A stretch of DNA of 63,621 bases, filler included, from Chiloscyllium plagiosum (GCF_004010195.1; 4 parts of one record of this genome joined end to end with filler, not necessarily neighbours in it), one strand, 5' to 3'. Positions 12,738 to 24,959 are shown, numbered from the whole stretch's first letter. A program made the numbers and translations. The notes: a model not told the origin generated them from the letters alone.

Positions 12738-14224
12738 ATTAAAACAACAGCCAATTAAAAACCAGTATCAAAACAGGAATACTCATCAACCTCTCCGAGA
12801 TGTTAGCCTAATCACTACCACCTCCTTTGGGACCTTGGAATGTGACAATCACTGGCTCACCCCTAACTATTCTTGAAAACGTACTGCCAGCAAGGCTGTG
12901 TTTCTTTTTTCCCTTTCACATCCACAGGGTGCAGTTTCAAACTATTTTCCTTTTTTTAAGAAAATGAGCATAGCTGGATGAACCTGTATTCTGAATGAAG
13001 TTCTGTCATTTTAGCATGCATGATAAACTTAATTCACATTTTGTGAAATAAATTATGCCACAGCTTGAAGGCACCATGTTTCTACATTGAAGTGAATTAG
13101 ATGCCCAATACTTGTAACATAGAACATTGTACAAGCTGCATGAATGTTATTATCATACCTTTAAATTTGTCATTCACCCATTTGCCCCAAGTCTTAAGCA
13201 CATTGGAGAAAACAGTTTGAATTGGTATAATCTGTTTGAAATTCCAAAGTGAACCAAATCACTGAAGTAGTAAAAATGTTCTACATGATAATGATATTAG
13301 AAATCCTCTACTTGAACAATAAACAGTTTGTAGAAACCAATAAATCATTATAAACTAATGCAACAAAGGGTAAGCCTCTGGTCCACCATCTTTGTTTGAG
13401 ATGACCTGAAATAAAGCCAGTACCTCTTCTAAATTTATCCCTTGCTAATTGTGGACTTCATGATGAGAAACTTGGAAGAAGCAAGTTAGTCTTTTTTTTT
13501 AAATCATCCCATCTTTAATTTCAATTTAATTTATGATATAGAAACATGATATATTGCATAGGAACATTGTACAGGAAAACACTCCAGTGTCTCTTATGCA
13601 CACCATCTCCAGGACCATTTATGCATGACTATCATTTAAGCCATGCATTCACATCAACTAAGGGTAGTTAGTACATGCAGGAGAAAATGATAGAAGAATA
13701 TTCTGATAGGGTGAGATGAAGATGAGTGAGAGGAGATATAAGTAAAGTATAAACACCATTGTGAACCTGTTGGGTCACATGAATTTTTTTGCATTATAAA
13801 ATTCTTGGAGATTGGACGTCCAAAGATCTCCATTACTTTCTCCAAGGCAATCTATCAGTCAGCAACTTGCCATTGAATTCATTCCCTTTCCTCTTGTACA
13901 GATTGTTTGAAATTTGGTATCCTTGCTTTTAATCTGATGAGGCAAGATGAAAAGCTTTGGAACCATGTCTTTGTTTCTCAGTCATATTATGAATCAACAT
14001 TTTGTAAAATTCTCCATAATTCTATGGATTTGCTTCACATTTCTTTTGGAAACATATTTCCCTTGGGATTGCCCAAATTCGTATAACCCATGCTTCTAGT
14101 ACAAAACTGAAAATATTACAAATGCAAAAGTCTGAAGGAGTAATATTACTGCAACAGACCAGGCAGGATCTGTGGGGAGAAAAATGTTTAATACTTCATG
14201 AAAATGATTTACCTTCTGTATCAA

Positions 14225-14542
14225 CCCAGTGGCTCAGTGGTTTGCACTGTTACCTCATTGCACCAGGTACCTGAGGTAACTGTCTGTGCAGAGTCTGTGT
14301 GTTTTTCTGCTGGGTGCTCTGGTTTCCTCCCACAGTCCAAAGATTAGGTTAGGTGCATTGGCCATGATAAATTGCCCCATAGTGTCCTGGGATGTGTAGG
14401 CAAGGAAGGTTAGCCATGGTAAATGTGGGCATTTTTGGGGATCGAGTAGGGGAGCTGAATCTGGGTGGGATGCTCTTCATGGAACCAGGGCAAACTCAAT
14501 GAACTGAAAGGCCTCTTCCTGCACTGTAGGGATTCTATGACT
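14225..14542 (+). mobile_element. HE1-like V-SINE (degenerate)
   Basis: gtggctcagtggtttgcactg head; ggtttcctcccacagtccaaaga core; gattctatga tail. Confidence 0.85.
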
Positions 14543-15069
14543 TTCCATAAGAACGAGAGAAATTTAGAGACTCTACGGATTTTAACCAAGTGTTGATATG
14601 GGGAAAAGAGAGGTATGGAAAAATAATTATCAAAATAAATTGTTTATGATAGAGTAGAAAGCAGGAGTGATGCAATGACAAAAGGATTGATGTATAATTT
14701 CATAAACAGATTTTTAATTTCTCAAAAATCAAGAGAAACAAGGAAGTGAACTTTGAGTGACCAACATGGCGGAATTTCATGATAGTATTTCAAGTTTTAA
14801 GTCTTTTATTGAAATAGATCACCTAAAATCATCATTAATTAAACCTTCTATAAAGCATTTGGACAAACACATGGATAGGAAAGGTTTATGGGCCAAATGC
14901 AGGCAAATGGGGTTAACATGGATGGACATGCTGGTCGGCACAGACTAGTTTAGACCAAAAGGCTTGTCGCCGTGCTATAGGGCTCTATAAACCTATTCAG
15001 GGAAAATGAGTTGATGCAGTTCTTATTACCTATTAAGCAACTAATATTGCATACTACAGAAAAGGCAAC

Positions 15070-16030
15070 ATTCTTTGAGAAGGTGACTAAGGAGGTAGAC
15101 GAGGGTAAAGCGGTAGATGTGGTGTATATGGATTTTAGTAAGGCGTTTGATAAGGTTCCCCATGGTAGGCTACTGCAAAAAATATGGAGGTATAGCATTG
15201 AGGGTGAGTTGGAGGTTTGGATTAGGAATTGGCTGGCTGGAAGAAGACAGAGGGTAGTAGTTGATGGTAAAGGTTCATCTTGGAGTGCAGTTACTAGCGG
15301 TGTTCCGCAAGGATCTGTTTTGGGACCATTGCTGTTTGTCATTTTTATAAATACCTGGAGGAGGGGTAGAAGGTTGGATGAGCAAGTTTGCGGATGATAC
15401 GAAAGTAAGTGGAGTTGTTGACAGTGAGGAAGGATGTGTCAGGTTACAGCGGGATATAGATAAGTTGCAGAGCTGGGCAGAATGGTGGCAAATGGAGTTC
15501 AATGTAGGTAAGTGTGAGGTGATTCACTTTGGTAAGAATAACAAAAAGACGAGGTACTCGGCTAATGGTCAGATACTTGGTAGTGTGGATGAGCAGAGAG
15601 ATCTTGGTGTCCATGTACACAGATCTCTGAAAGTTGCCACCCAGGTAAATAGTGCAGTGAAGAAGGCATATGGCGTACTGGCTTGTATTGGTAGAGGAAT
15701 TGAGTTCCGGAGTACTGAGGTAATGTTGCAGTTGTATAAGACTCTGGTTCGGCCGCATCTGGAATCACGTATGGAGTCAGCTATTATGAGGGGGCATAGC
15801 TTTAAATTAAGGGGGGGTAGGTATAGAACAGATGTTAGGGGTAGATTCTTTACTCAGCGAGTCGTGAGTTCATGGAATGCTCTGCCAGTAGCAGTGGTGG
15901 ACTCTCCCTCTTTATGGGCATTTAAATGGGCATTGGTTAGGCATATGGAGGATAGTGGGCTAGTGTAGGTTAGGTGGGCTTGGATCGGCGCAACATCGAG
16001 GGCCAAAGGGCCTGTACTGCGCTGTATTTT
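15070..16030 (+). mobile_element. Young 5'-truncated CR1 LINE (RT domain, internal deletion near 15770)
   Basis: [38 protein letters not shown]; tctatgttctgtgttctatg tail. Confidence 0.95.
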
Positions 16031-16814
16031 TCTATGTTCTGTGTTCTATGTATTAATCCTTTAACATGACAAATAACTCATGCTGCATGCATACACATTA
16101 CAGCACCTTCCCCACAGGATTAATGTCTTCACAGAAAACAACTCCCAACTCCAGTAGGTCCCTGTCTCCCCATTTCACCAAATAGTAATGTCATATGACC
16201 ATCAAAAGTTGCTTCCTTCAGTTTTTGAGGAAACTCTAAAATGCCTACCTGCAGTGAGATTCACTTTAGAATATTTTCTTCTCCTGGTCTCACCAAAGCA
16301 AACCTTGCACAGTCTCTTGTTACCAGGGGTTCTTCACTTCAACCAGAAACCATCCTCATTCCTCCATTCTGCCTGGTAGCTTGCAGGGAATTTCCAGCTG
16401 CCTTCTTTTTGCTGACTATGCCAGCTGCAGCCTTTTCAGTCTCCAAGCGACTGTTCTCTTTCTCTCTGCCTGTACAAAACTTGAATACTGAAGGTCTGTT
16501 CATTTTCAGTCCAGCTGCTCCTGCATCTGTTGTCACCTGTGTAATATGGCATGTAGAATTAAACTGCTTAAAGCCTAAGGAAACCTTCCTACAATCATAA
16601 CCAAGCCACAAAGGGCTGGCATCAGGCAGAATTTAGAGCAGATCCGATGACCCACTCTATTCCTCCATTTTACCTGAATGAAAGAAAACGTCCAAATCAT
16701 AATCATCTTTTAAATCATGGATACAAATCTTTGTGCAAATGGAATCAAATTGGAAGAACAGCCTTGACTGAATTGAAAATGGAGCTGACTCAACAGGCCA
16801 TATAATCTATTCCA

Positions 16815-17146
16815 CAGAATCCCTAAAGTGGAAACAGATCTTTCAGCCCACAAACCTACACAGACTCTCCGAAGAGCATCCCACACAGACTCACCCCATC
16901 ATCCGATCTTTGTAACCCATGGCAAATCCCCTTGACTTACACATCCCTGGACACTATGGGCAATTTAGCATGGCAATCCACCTAACCTGCACATCTTTGG
17001 ACTATGGGAGGAAACTGGAGCACCTGGAGGAAATCCATGCAGACACAGGGAGAATGTGCAAACTCCACACAGAGAGTCGCCCGAGGTTGGAGTCAAGCCC
17101 AGGTCCCTGGCAATGTAAGGCAGCAGTGCTAACCATTGAGCCACCA
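16815..17146 (-). mobile_element. HE1-like V-SINE
   Basis: gcagcagtgctaaccattgagccacca and agaatgtgcaaactccacacag on the + strand. Confidence 0.9.
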
Positions 17147-17784
17147 TATTCATACTTCTTATTTCATTTTGCCCTCCGCCATAACAGATTTCTGTTTTCC
17201 CACCACTTTCTCAGCCTCAGTACATGCTTAACAGCAGTTATGTTTGCACCTTTTGCCAGTTCTGAAGACGTCATCATGAAATAATTGGTGGAATTTAACA
17301 TTGGTGGCAGAGAACCTATGCACCTTTTGAAGAACCCAGTGTCATGTTGCTTAAAGTCCTGTTGATACTAAGTCCGGTTGAGTAATTTACTCTTAGTTTG
17401 TTGCTTGTAGTTCGAAAGGATCACAATGGCAGGAGAACTTGGCCATGTGAAATTCTCCTGCAATATGTGAGGAAACAGGGACACTTTCAATGGAGGAAGT
17501 GTGTCCAGCTGCAGGTCCTGATTGATCATATGGAGCAGCTGAAGTTGTGGGTGGACTCACTATGGAGCATCTATGCTGCTGAGGATGTTGTGGATAGCAC
17601 ATCTAGCAAGCTGATCACATCACATGTTAGTGGCTACACAGGCAGAGAAGTGTTGGAAGACTACCAGTGAAAGGCATGGGCAAATAGTACCCTGTAGACA
17701 TACCTTTCTCAAACAATGCAATGCAATTCAATACAGCACACCTTCAGCCCACCAAGCTTGTGCTGATTCATAATCCTTCTTAAA

Positions 17785-18132
17785 ATTCCTACAGTGTAGG
17801 AGACAGGCCATTTGCCCCATTAAGTCCATACTCGCCCTCCAAAGAGCATCCCATCCAGACCCACCCCCTTACCCAATAACCCTGCATTTCCCATGGCTAA
17901 TGTACCTAACCTACACATCCCTGAACACTATGGGTAACTTAGTCACTTAATCACTTAATCGCTTAATCTGCACATCTTTGGACAGTTGGAGAAAACAGGA
18001 GCACCTGGCAGAGACACACACAGATACAGGGAGAATGTGCAAACTCCATGGAGACAGTCACCCGAGTGTGGAATCAAACCCAGATCCTTGGCACTTTGAG
18101 GCAACAGCACTAACCACTGAGCCACCATGCCA
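17785..18132 (-). mobile_element. HE1-like V-SINE
   Basis: cagcactaaccactgagccaccatgcc (reverse head) and V core. Confidence 0.88.
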
Positions 18133-18296
18133 CTTTATTTAGATCTGCTACTTATTGCCTGTACGTGGGTTCTATCCTTCTATTCATCTCTAGTTCATGT
18201 GACAATCAACATGCACTTTAAACATTGCTGAAGTGCCTACATCCACCAGATACTCCATTTGGGATACTGTTGAGGGGGGTTGGCCTCTTCAGGGGA

Positions 18297-18391
18297 TTCC
18301 TGAAGAAGGACTTATGCCCGAAACGTCGATTCTCCTGTTCCCTGGATGCTGACTGGCCTGCTGCACTTTTCCAGCAACACATTTTCAGCTC
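18297..18391 (+). mobile_element. PLE-derived terminal insert with hammerhead-like core
   Basis: ctgaagaaggacttatgcccgaaacgtc at 18300-18327; tcagggga at 18289-18296 and 18392-18399. Confidence 0.85.
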
Positions 18392-19382
18392 TCAGGGGAA
18401 AGCAGCAATAACCAAGTTTGTAACACAATGGCGAGCTCTGTCATACAGCAGGAGAGGAAAATAGCCTGAGAGAGCTGTAGTCATAGGGGACTCAATTATA
18501 AAGGAGAACTGACAGGTGGTTCTGTGACAGTGAGCAAGACTCTTGAATGGTTTGTTGCTTCCCTGGTGCCAGGGTTGGGAATATCTCAGAGTGGCTGCAG
18601 GGCATTCGGAAGGGAGAAGGTAAACAGGCAGTAGTCTTGGTCCACATTGGTACTAACGAAACAGGTCGAAAAAGAAATGAGGTCCTGCAACAGGAATTTA
18701 GAAGGCTGAGAGGGGATCTGGTTGAAACTGACAGAATACTGAACAGTCTGGACAGAGCGACATTAGGAAGATGGTTTCCATTGGCAGGAGAGACAAGGAC
18801 TGAGGCACAGCCTTTAAAACGGAGATAAGGTGAAATCTTTAGTCAGTGAGTGGTGAATCAGTGGAATTCATTGCCACAGAAGACTGTGGAGGCCAGGTCA
18901 TTGAGTATATTTAAAACAGAGATAGATAGCTTCTTGAATGCCAAGGGGATCAAAGGTTATGGGGAAAAAGCGGGAAAAAGCATTGACAAACCTATCAGCC
19001 ATGATTGAATGGTGCAGCAGACTCAATGGGCCGAATCGCCTAATTTTTGCTCCTATGTTTTATGGTCTTATGGTCTACTTTCTTAGGGAAAACATTCCTC
19101 ATCATCACTGTCTTAAATGGGTAACCCTTTTCTCTGAGATACAGAGTTATACTTTAGAATGGTTGTGAATGCATTGGAGTCAATGCTGAAAAAATGTGAG
19201 AGAATGGTTCCAGGACACTCCAGTTGTGAGGAAAGATTGGAGAAGTTGGGACTATTTTGCATTGAATGAAGGTTGAGAAGAGATTGATAGAAGTTTTCAA
19301 AATCATGATCGGGACACTGTAGATAGAGAGAAACTGTTTCAGCTTACAATAGGATTGAGAACCAGACCGCAGTTTTAAAATA

Positions 19383-19520
19383 TGAAAACTGAAAGTACTG
19401 TGGATGCTGGAACTCAGGAAGCAAAAACAGAAATTGCTGGAAAATCTCAGCAGGTCTAGCAGTTCCTGTGGAGAGAAATCAGAGTTAATGTTTTGAGTCC
19501 AGTGAGTCTTCTTCAGAACT
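19383..19520 (-). mobile_element. PLE-derived terminal insert (second family)
   Basis: gctggaaaatctcagcaggtc...gagagaaatcagagttaatgtttt...cttcttcagaact; TSD gttttaaaata at 19372-19382 and 19521-19531. Confidence 0.75.
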
Positions 19521-19591
19521 GTTTTAAAATAGTTTCAAAATGTTTTGCAAAAGAAGCGAATGCGAGGTGAGAAACAACTTTCTCATAAAGT

Positions 19592-19766
19592 TAAAAATCA
19601 CACAACACCAGGTTATAGCCCAGCAATTGTAATAATTGTACTCCACAGCCACTTGATGAAGGAGCAGCGCTCAGAAAGCTAGTGCTTCCAAATAAACCTG
19701 CTGGGCTATAACCTGGTGTTGTGTGATTTTTAACTTTGTACACCCCAGTCCACCACCGGCATATCA
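19592..19766 (+). mobile_element. PLE-derived fold-back insert (third family) with hammerhead-like core
   Basis: Perfect 39-bp inverted repeat 19587-19625 / 19699-19737; core cacttgatgaaggagcagcgctcagaaagctagtg; TSD ttctcataaagt at 19580-19591 and 19767-19778. Confidence 0.85.
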
Positions 19767-20122
19767 TTCTCATAAAGTGAGTTGTTAAGGTCTGAAATGC
19801 ACTGATTGGAAGTGTGGTGGTAGCAGACGATTGCTTAAATAGACACGATTATGGTGGAGAGACAGGTGACTGGCAATAAGTTAGAATGTGGTGAGAGTCG
19901 GTGCAGATATAGTGGGCCAAAAGGCCTTCTTCTGCACTGTAACAATTGTCTGATTCTCGAACTCAATGTAGTCATTATGATTAAAATTGAATTAAATATC
20001 AACCTTTTACCTTTCTATCTAATACCAGACAAGTGTTGACATTGTAAATATCCTTAAGCACATCACACTGCTCGTAAAAGCTCTTAAGTTATTTAAATGT
20101 TAAATTTAGACGTCAAATATTT

Positions 20123-20266
20123 GTTCTGAGGAAGGGTCACTGGGTTTGAAATGTTGATTCAGCTTTCTCTCCACAGATGCTGTCAGACTTGCTGAGTATC
20201 TCCAGCTTTTTCTGTTTCTGTTTCTGTTTCAGATTTCCAGCACCCACAGTTCTTTGCCTAGTGTTG
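20123..20266 (+). mobile_element. PLE-derived terminal insert (second family)
   Basis: gttctgaggaagggtcactgggtttgaaatgttg; TSD aaatatttgtt at 20115-20125 and 20267-20277. Confidence 0.75.
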
Positions 20267-20289
20267 AAATATTTGTTGCTGGGCATAAA

Positions 20290-20870
20290 ATGCAGAAAAT
20301 GTGATGTGCTTTGAGTAAAGTGTGTCCCCTTGAGAATTTATCTCCCAAAGAGAAAGGAAACATGTGTTTACGTAAACATGCAAATAACTGAAAGGTAACA
20401 TTTGGCTTCCCAGTTGACAGCTTGTCATGTTGAAAGAGCATATTGTAGAAAATTATTGTTATGAACTATAGAAGAGAAATAACCATAAATATACGAAGGA
20501 AATATTTGGCTGGTAGTTAACTGTGCACATCGAACTCCCTGTGGAGCAGTGTTTCTTTTTGTTTTTGAGCTTGTTAAACTTAGTTGTATTAACATTTTTG
20601 CAAATATAGTATTGCCAAAACTCGAATTTTTGTCCATGGTTTATTAATTTAACACAATTACTTCAATCTGTCTTTGTCTCAGGCTAGCAGGGAAAATATT
20701 TTCCTCTCATAAGCTCCTCTGTCCTAGAAATCATGCAAATGCATTTGCGCAGTTTTGAAAAAATAATCACAACAGTTGCCTCGCCATTAGGCCATATGGT
20801 GTAGTAACCAAAGTCGGCTCAAGCATTTGATAGGATCACGGCTGCTCTGAGAATCCTCAACTCCCATTTC
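20290..20870. promoter_or_regulatory. Candidate enhancer / conserved non-coding element
   Basis: No recognisable repeat; three perfect 14-bp palindromes and two ATGCAAAT octamers (see findings). Confidence 0.35.
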
Positions 20871-20874
20871 CTAC

Positions 20875-21104
20875 CTGATCTGCATCATCCGTGGAAACAA
20901 AGTGATGGCAATGTTGATGACAGTCAGAATAAAATAGACCACTTGCCCGATCTTGCTCACGGAACCTGTCAGTCGTTTCTACAATCTGCAATCTTTGCTC
21001 TTTGTCATTCTCGAAACTGGGTTCTGGAATCTTGTTGAAATTCCCCTTTGAACATACTCCAATTTGTTTGACCTCCTTCATAGTCTCAATTTTGAACTTA
21101 GTTT
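20875..21104 (-). CDS. Candidate internal exon of an unidentified gene (230 nt, phase 1 to phase 0)
   Basis: Acceptor cctaactcctattcgatttcag, donor cag|gtagga, open frame ETKFKIET...STDDADQ; no recognisable homology. Confidence 0.22.
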
Positions 21105-21131
21105 CTGAAATCGAATAGGAGTTAGGAATTC

Positions 21132-21722
21132 GTGTTGTGGCTATTTGGGACATTGATTAGGCCACTTTTGGAAGATAGCGTGCAATTCTGGTCTCCTTCC
21201 GATCGGAAAGATGCTGTGAAACTTGAAAGCGTTCAGAAAAGGTTTACAAGGATGTTGCCAGGGTTGGAGGGTTTGAGCTATTGGGAGATGCTGAATAAGC
21301 TGGGGCTGTTTTCCCTGGAGTGTCAGAGGCTGAGGGGTGAGCTGATAGAGGTTTATAAAATCATGAGGAGTATGGATAGGATAAATAGACAAAGTCTTTT
21401 CCCTGGGGTGGGGAGTCCAGAACTGGAGGGCATAGGTTTCAAGTGAAAGGGGAAAGATATAAAAAAGGCCTCAGGGGCAACTTTTTCACACAGAGGGTGG
21501 TATGTGTATGGAATGAGCTGCCAGAGGAAGTAGTGGAGGCTAGTACAATTGCAACATTTAAAAGGCATTTGGATGGGTATATGAACAAGAAGGGTTTGGA
21601 GGGATATGGGCCGGGTGCTGGCAGGTGGGACTAGATTGGGTTGGGATATCTGGTCGGCATGGACAAATTGGACCAAAAGGGTTTGTTTCTGTGCTGTATA
21701 TCTCTATGGTTCTACGACTCTA
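21132..21722 (+). mobile_element. CR1 LINE 3' end
   Basis: IRPLLEDSVQFWSP...RLRGELIEVYKIMR; FFTQRVVCVWNELP. Confidence 0.95.
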
Positions 21723-23521
21723 AAACTAAATTTTCGATCAAACTGCCTACATGTATACTGAAATATTGAATAATTTACAAGGCATTATTACCCATGTCAC
21801 CAAAGTGCCCTCAGTCTGTCTTCTTCCTCCTATCTCTCACTTTACAGTTTAGTACACTGGGGTAAAGGGAGTTTGTTGGCTCTGAAGTATTGGTTGAGTG
21901 AAATGGGGTGGGTACTGAATCTCCAGACATACCAACCATGTCATTCCAGAAATAAGTTGACCGTCCTCACTGTGAACTTCCAAGGAGAGTGCCTGGCACA
22001 GCAGAGGGAGCAGCCACCTCTAGAGTGTCCTGTTTAGAGTGTTACTCCTTGTCTGGTTGGGTGTCTCCTGGCACCATCTCGTTTCCACTATGTCTTCAAT
22101 CCTGGGGATGATTTGCTGGGATGGTAGTGTGCAGGTGTGTGTAAGGGTGCTGATCAGGCTGTTCATGCCAGCTACAAACCTGTCCATGGCGACAGACAGG
22201 TCATGATTCGCTATATTGCTACAGCATCTGGGCAGTTGAGGGCCAATGTGCTCCATATGCCTGTCTGCTCCTCCCTGTTCATGTGGATGAAATTTCCAAT
22301 TGTTCACTCCACAGGGTCCTTTCATGCCTAGGCTTGAAGAGGTGCCCATTCTCCAGCAGACCCCTGAGTGCCAGCAACCTGGAGTATTCCTTCTTTGGCC
22401 AGTTGCAGAGCTGTTGCACAAAGGTGCTAACCAGATTATGCTCCCACAGTATCAATAACTAACATTATCACTTAGTCTTTGAGCTGGTGGCCTTGCCAAT
22501 GCTTCCTCTGAGGCCTTGCTACTTTCATCCAGAGAGATCCATAAGGATCAGTTCAACAGCCAACAGTATTGAAAGCATTAACTCTGGTTCTGTTAGAAAC
22601 AGTTAACTTGAAGCTATATTACAGGCCTAAAGTCCTTTATTGATTCTCATACACTAAATCAAATAGCCGAAGATAATTCATTTTCTAGCTCTCTCTTTGG
22701 TTTGTGCTTGAATGGAACACAAGTGATGCTTGGCATGTTTTCAACAAATGCCTAAAGACATTGCACAAATTTTTTAATGTTTCATTGATATTGACATTGT
22801 CCTTTAATTACTTTTCAAGGGTAAAAGTAGAGACAGTTGGAGATGTGCCATTAGTTAATGGTAATAACCCTATGTTTCAAAATAAGGTCAACAGAAACAG
22901 TTGCAAACTATATCTCAAAAACTGGATTCATTCCAAGTGCTTTGCTGATGCAGAATATTAGCAGTTTAATAATAAAACACCAGTCATAAACTGTGACATA
23001 TGGTTAAAATCATTGTTGTCAGATCAGGTTATGATTTTCCCTTTCTTCCTGCACTTCAGTGGTAACCTTCTCTCTGCCATCTGTACGCATGAAGGATGAG
23101 GTCAACAAGTTCAGTGCTTCTCATGTCCATAACTTTGCAAATTGTCAGTGGTTTACATCTCTATGATATGTGAAAATGCCTTCTTGTTTTAATTGGCACA
23201 TATTATGAAACATGAAATGACTACAGGTGAAATTTCACCTTCAACCTGTAACAAGTTGACAAATAACAATAAAATGGAAATACCTAAGATACTGAAGGTT
23301 TTTTATCTTAAAACTAAATAAATTCCTAAACATCTATTTCACTATGTAGCTTAAATGTTTACACAGATAAAAAAAAACTCTCAAGCTACACTAAAATCTG
23401 AGTGAGGACAATCTCCAAACTTCTACAAAACCTGGCCTTCACCATTTTGCAAGGGGTGGATGTGTCTAGGTTGTAAATTATACTTCTTTGATTCTTAGAG
23501 GTATCTGCCCCTATAAATCAG

Positions 23522-23566
23522 GATATGGAGATGCCGGAGTATAACCTGGTGTTATGTGATTTTTAA
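23522..23566. mobile_element. 45-bp PLE-derived micro-insert with internal inversion
   Basis: TSD ccctataaatcag at 23509-23521 and 23567-23579; both halves match the 19.6-kb family, in opposite orientations. Confidence 0.8.
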
Positions 23567-23623
23567 CCCTATAAATCAGAGCATGCAACCACTCATGTTA
23601 TTTTGGTGACGTAGCAGTGATAG

Positions 23624-24895
23624 AGGAGGTGATGGCCTCATGTTATTATCACTGGACTGTTCATCCAGAGACCCAGGTAATATTCTGGGGACTTGGTGGC
23701 TCAGTGGTTAGCACTATTGCCTCACAGCGCCAGGGACCCTGCATTTACCTAATGTGCGATGAACAACTGAGGATCCCGTGATTGTTTTCATTAGAGTTTA
23801 GAAGGTTGATCTAATAGAAACTTACAAGATAATGCATGGCTTAGAAAGGGTGGATGCTGGGAATTTGTTTCCAGTAGGGCAGGGAGACTAGGATCCGTGG
23901 GTACAGCCTTAGACTGAGAGAGGATCAATTTAGAATGGAAATGAGGAGACATTTCTTCAGCCAGAGGGTGGTGCCACAGAGCGCAGTGGAGGCCAGGACA
24001 TTAAATGCCTTCAAGGCAGTGATTGATAAATTATGATCCCGCAAGGAATTAAGGGCTACAGGGAGAGTGCGGGTAATTGGAGTTGAAATGCCCATCAGCC
24101 ATGATTAAATGGCGGCGTGGATTCAATGAGCAAAATGGCCTTACTTCTACTCCTATGTCTTATGGTCTTAAGGTCTTATGGACCCGGGTTCAATTCCAGC
24201 CTCGGGCTACTGCCTGTGTGGAGTTTGCACATTCTTCCAGTGTCTGCATGTGCTTTGGTTTCCTCCCATAATCCAAAGATGTGCAGGTTAGTTGAATTGG
24301 CCATGCTAAATTGCCCATCGTGCTCAGGGATGTGTAGGCTATGTGCATTGGTCAGGGGAAATGTAGAGTAATAAGTTCAGGGAGTGGGTCTGGGTGGGTT
24401 ACTCTTCGGAGAGCCGGTGTGGACTTATTGGGCTCAATGGCCTGTTTCCACACTGTAGGGATTCTATGGATCTATGACTCAAGTTTGAATCCTGCCATGG
24501 TGGAATGTGAGTTCATTAAAAATCTTGAATTAAGAGTTAATGATGATCATGAATTGATTGATTGCCTGGAAAAGCCTATCTGGTTCACTGATGTCTTTTA
24601 GGGAAGGAAACTGCCTTCATTATCTAGTCTGGACTACATGTGACTCTGGACTCAAAAACTGTGATGCTGGAAAAGCACAGCAGGTCTGGAGGCTTTTGGG
24701 AGGAGGAGAGTCGACATTTTGGGCTTAAGCCCTTCATCATTCCTGAATATATGCCCAAAATATCAACTCTCCTGCTCCCGAATGCTGCCTGACCTGCTGT
24801 TCTTTTCCAGTGCCACACTTTTCGTTTCTGACCCACCCACGTCTGCCATCCTCACTTTCTTCTATGTGATTCTAGACCCACAGCAAGGGGTGAAT
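23624..24895 (+). mobile_element. Nested complex: old tRNA-SINE interrupted by a V-SINE (itself interrupted by a CR1 3' end) and by a PLE fold-back
   Basis: Old SINE 23624-23692, 24478-24651, 24864-24895; V-SINE 23693-23739 and 24181-24477; CR1 23740-24180; PLE hairpin 24652-24863. Confidence 0.8.
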
Positions 24896-24959
24896 TCATC
24901 CCCTGGACACTGTAGGCAAATTAATATTGTCAATCCACCGAAACTGCACATCTTTAGAT

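Larger units (their letters stand above)
17340..19075 (+). mobile_element. Decayed CR1 ORF1 pieces (~17340-17715, ~18240-18700) and a CR1 3' end (~18700-19075), interrupted by a SINE and a PLE insert
   Basis: RKCVQLQVL, MVCCFPGARV...VLVHIGTN, RRLRGDLVET; tatggtcttatggtc tail. Confidence 0.8.

Noticed and set aside
23059..23170. Plus-strand exon after a strong polypyrimidine/cag acceptor
   Set aside because: No good donor before stop codons and no recognisable peptide.
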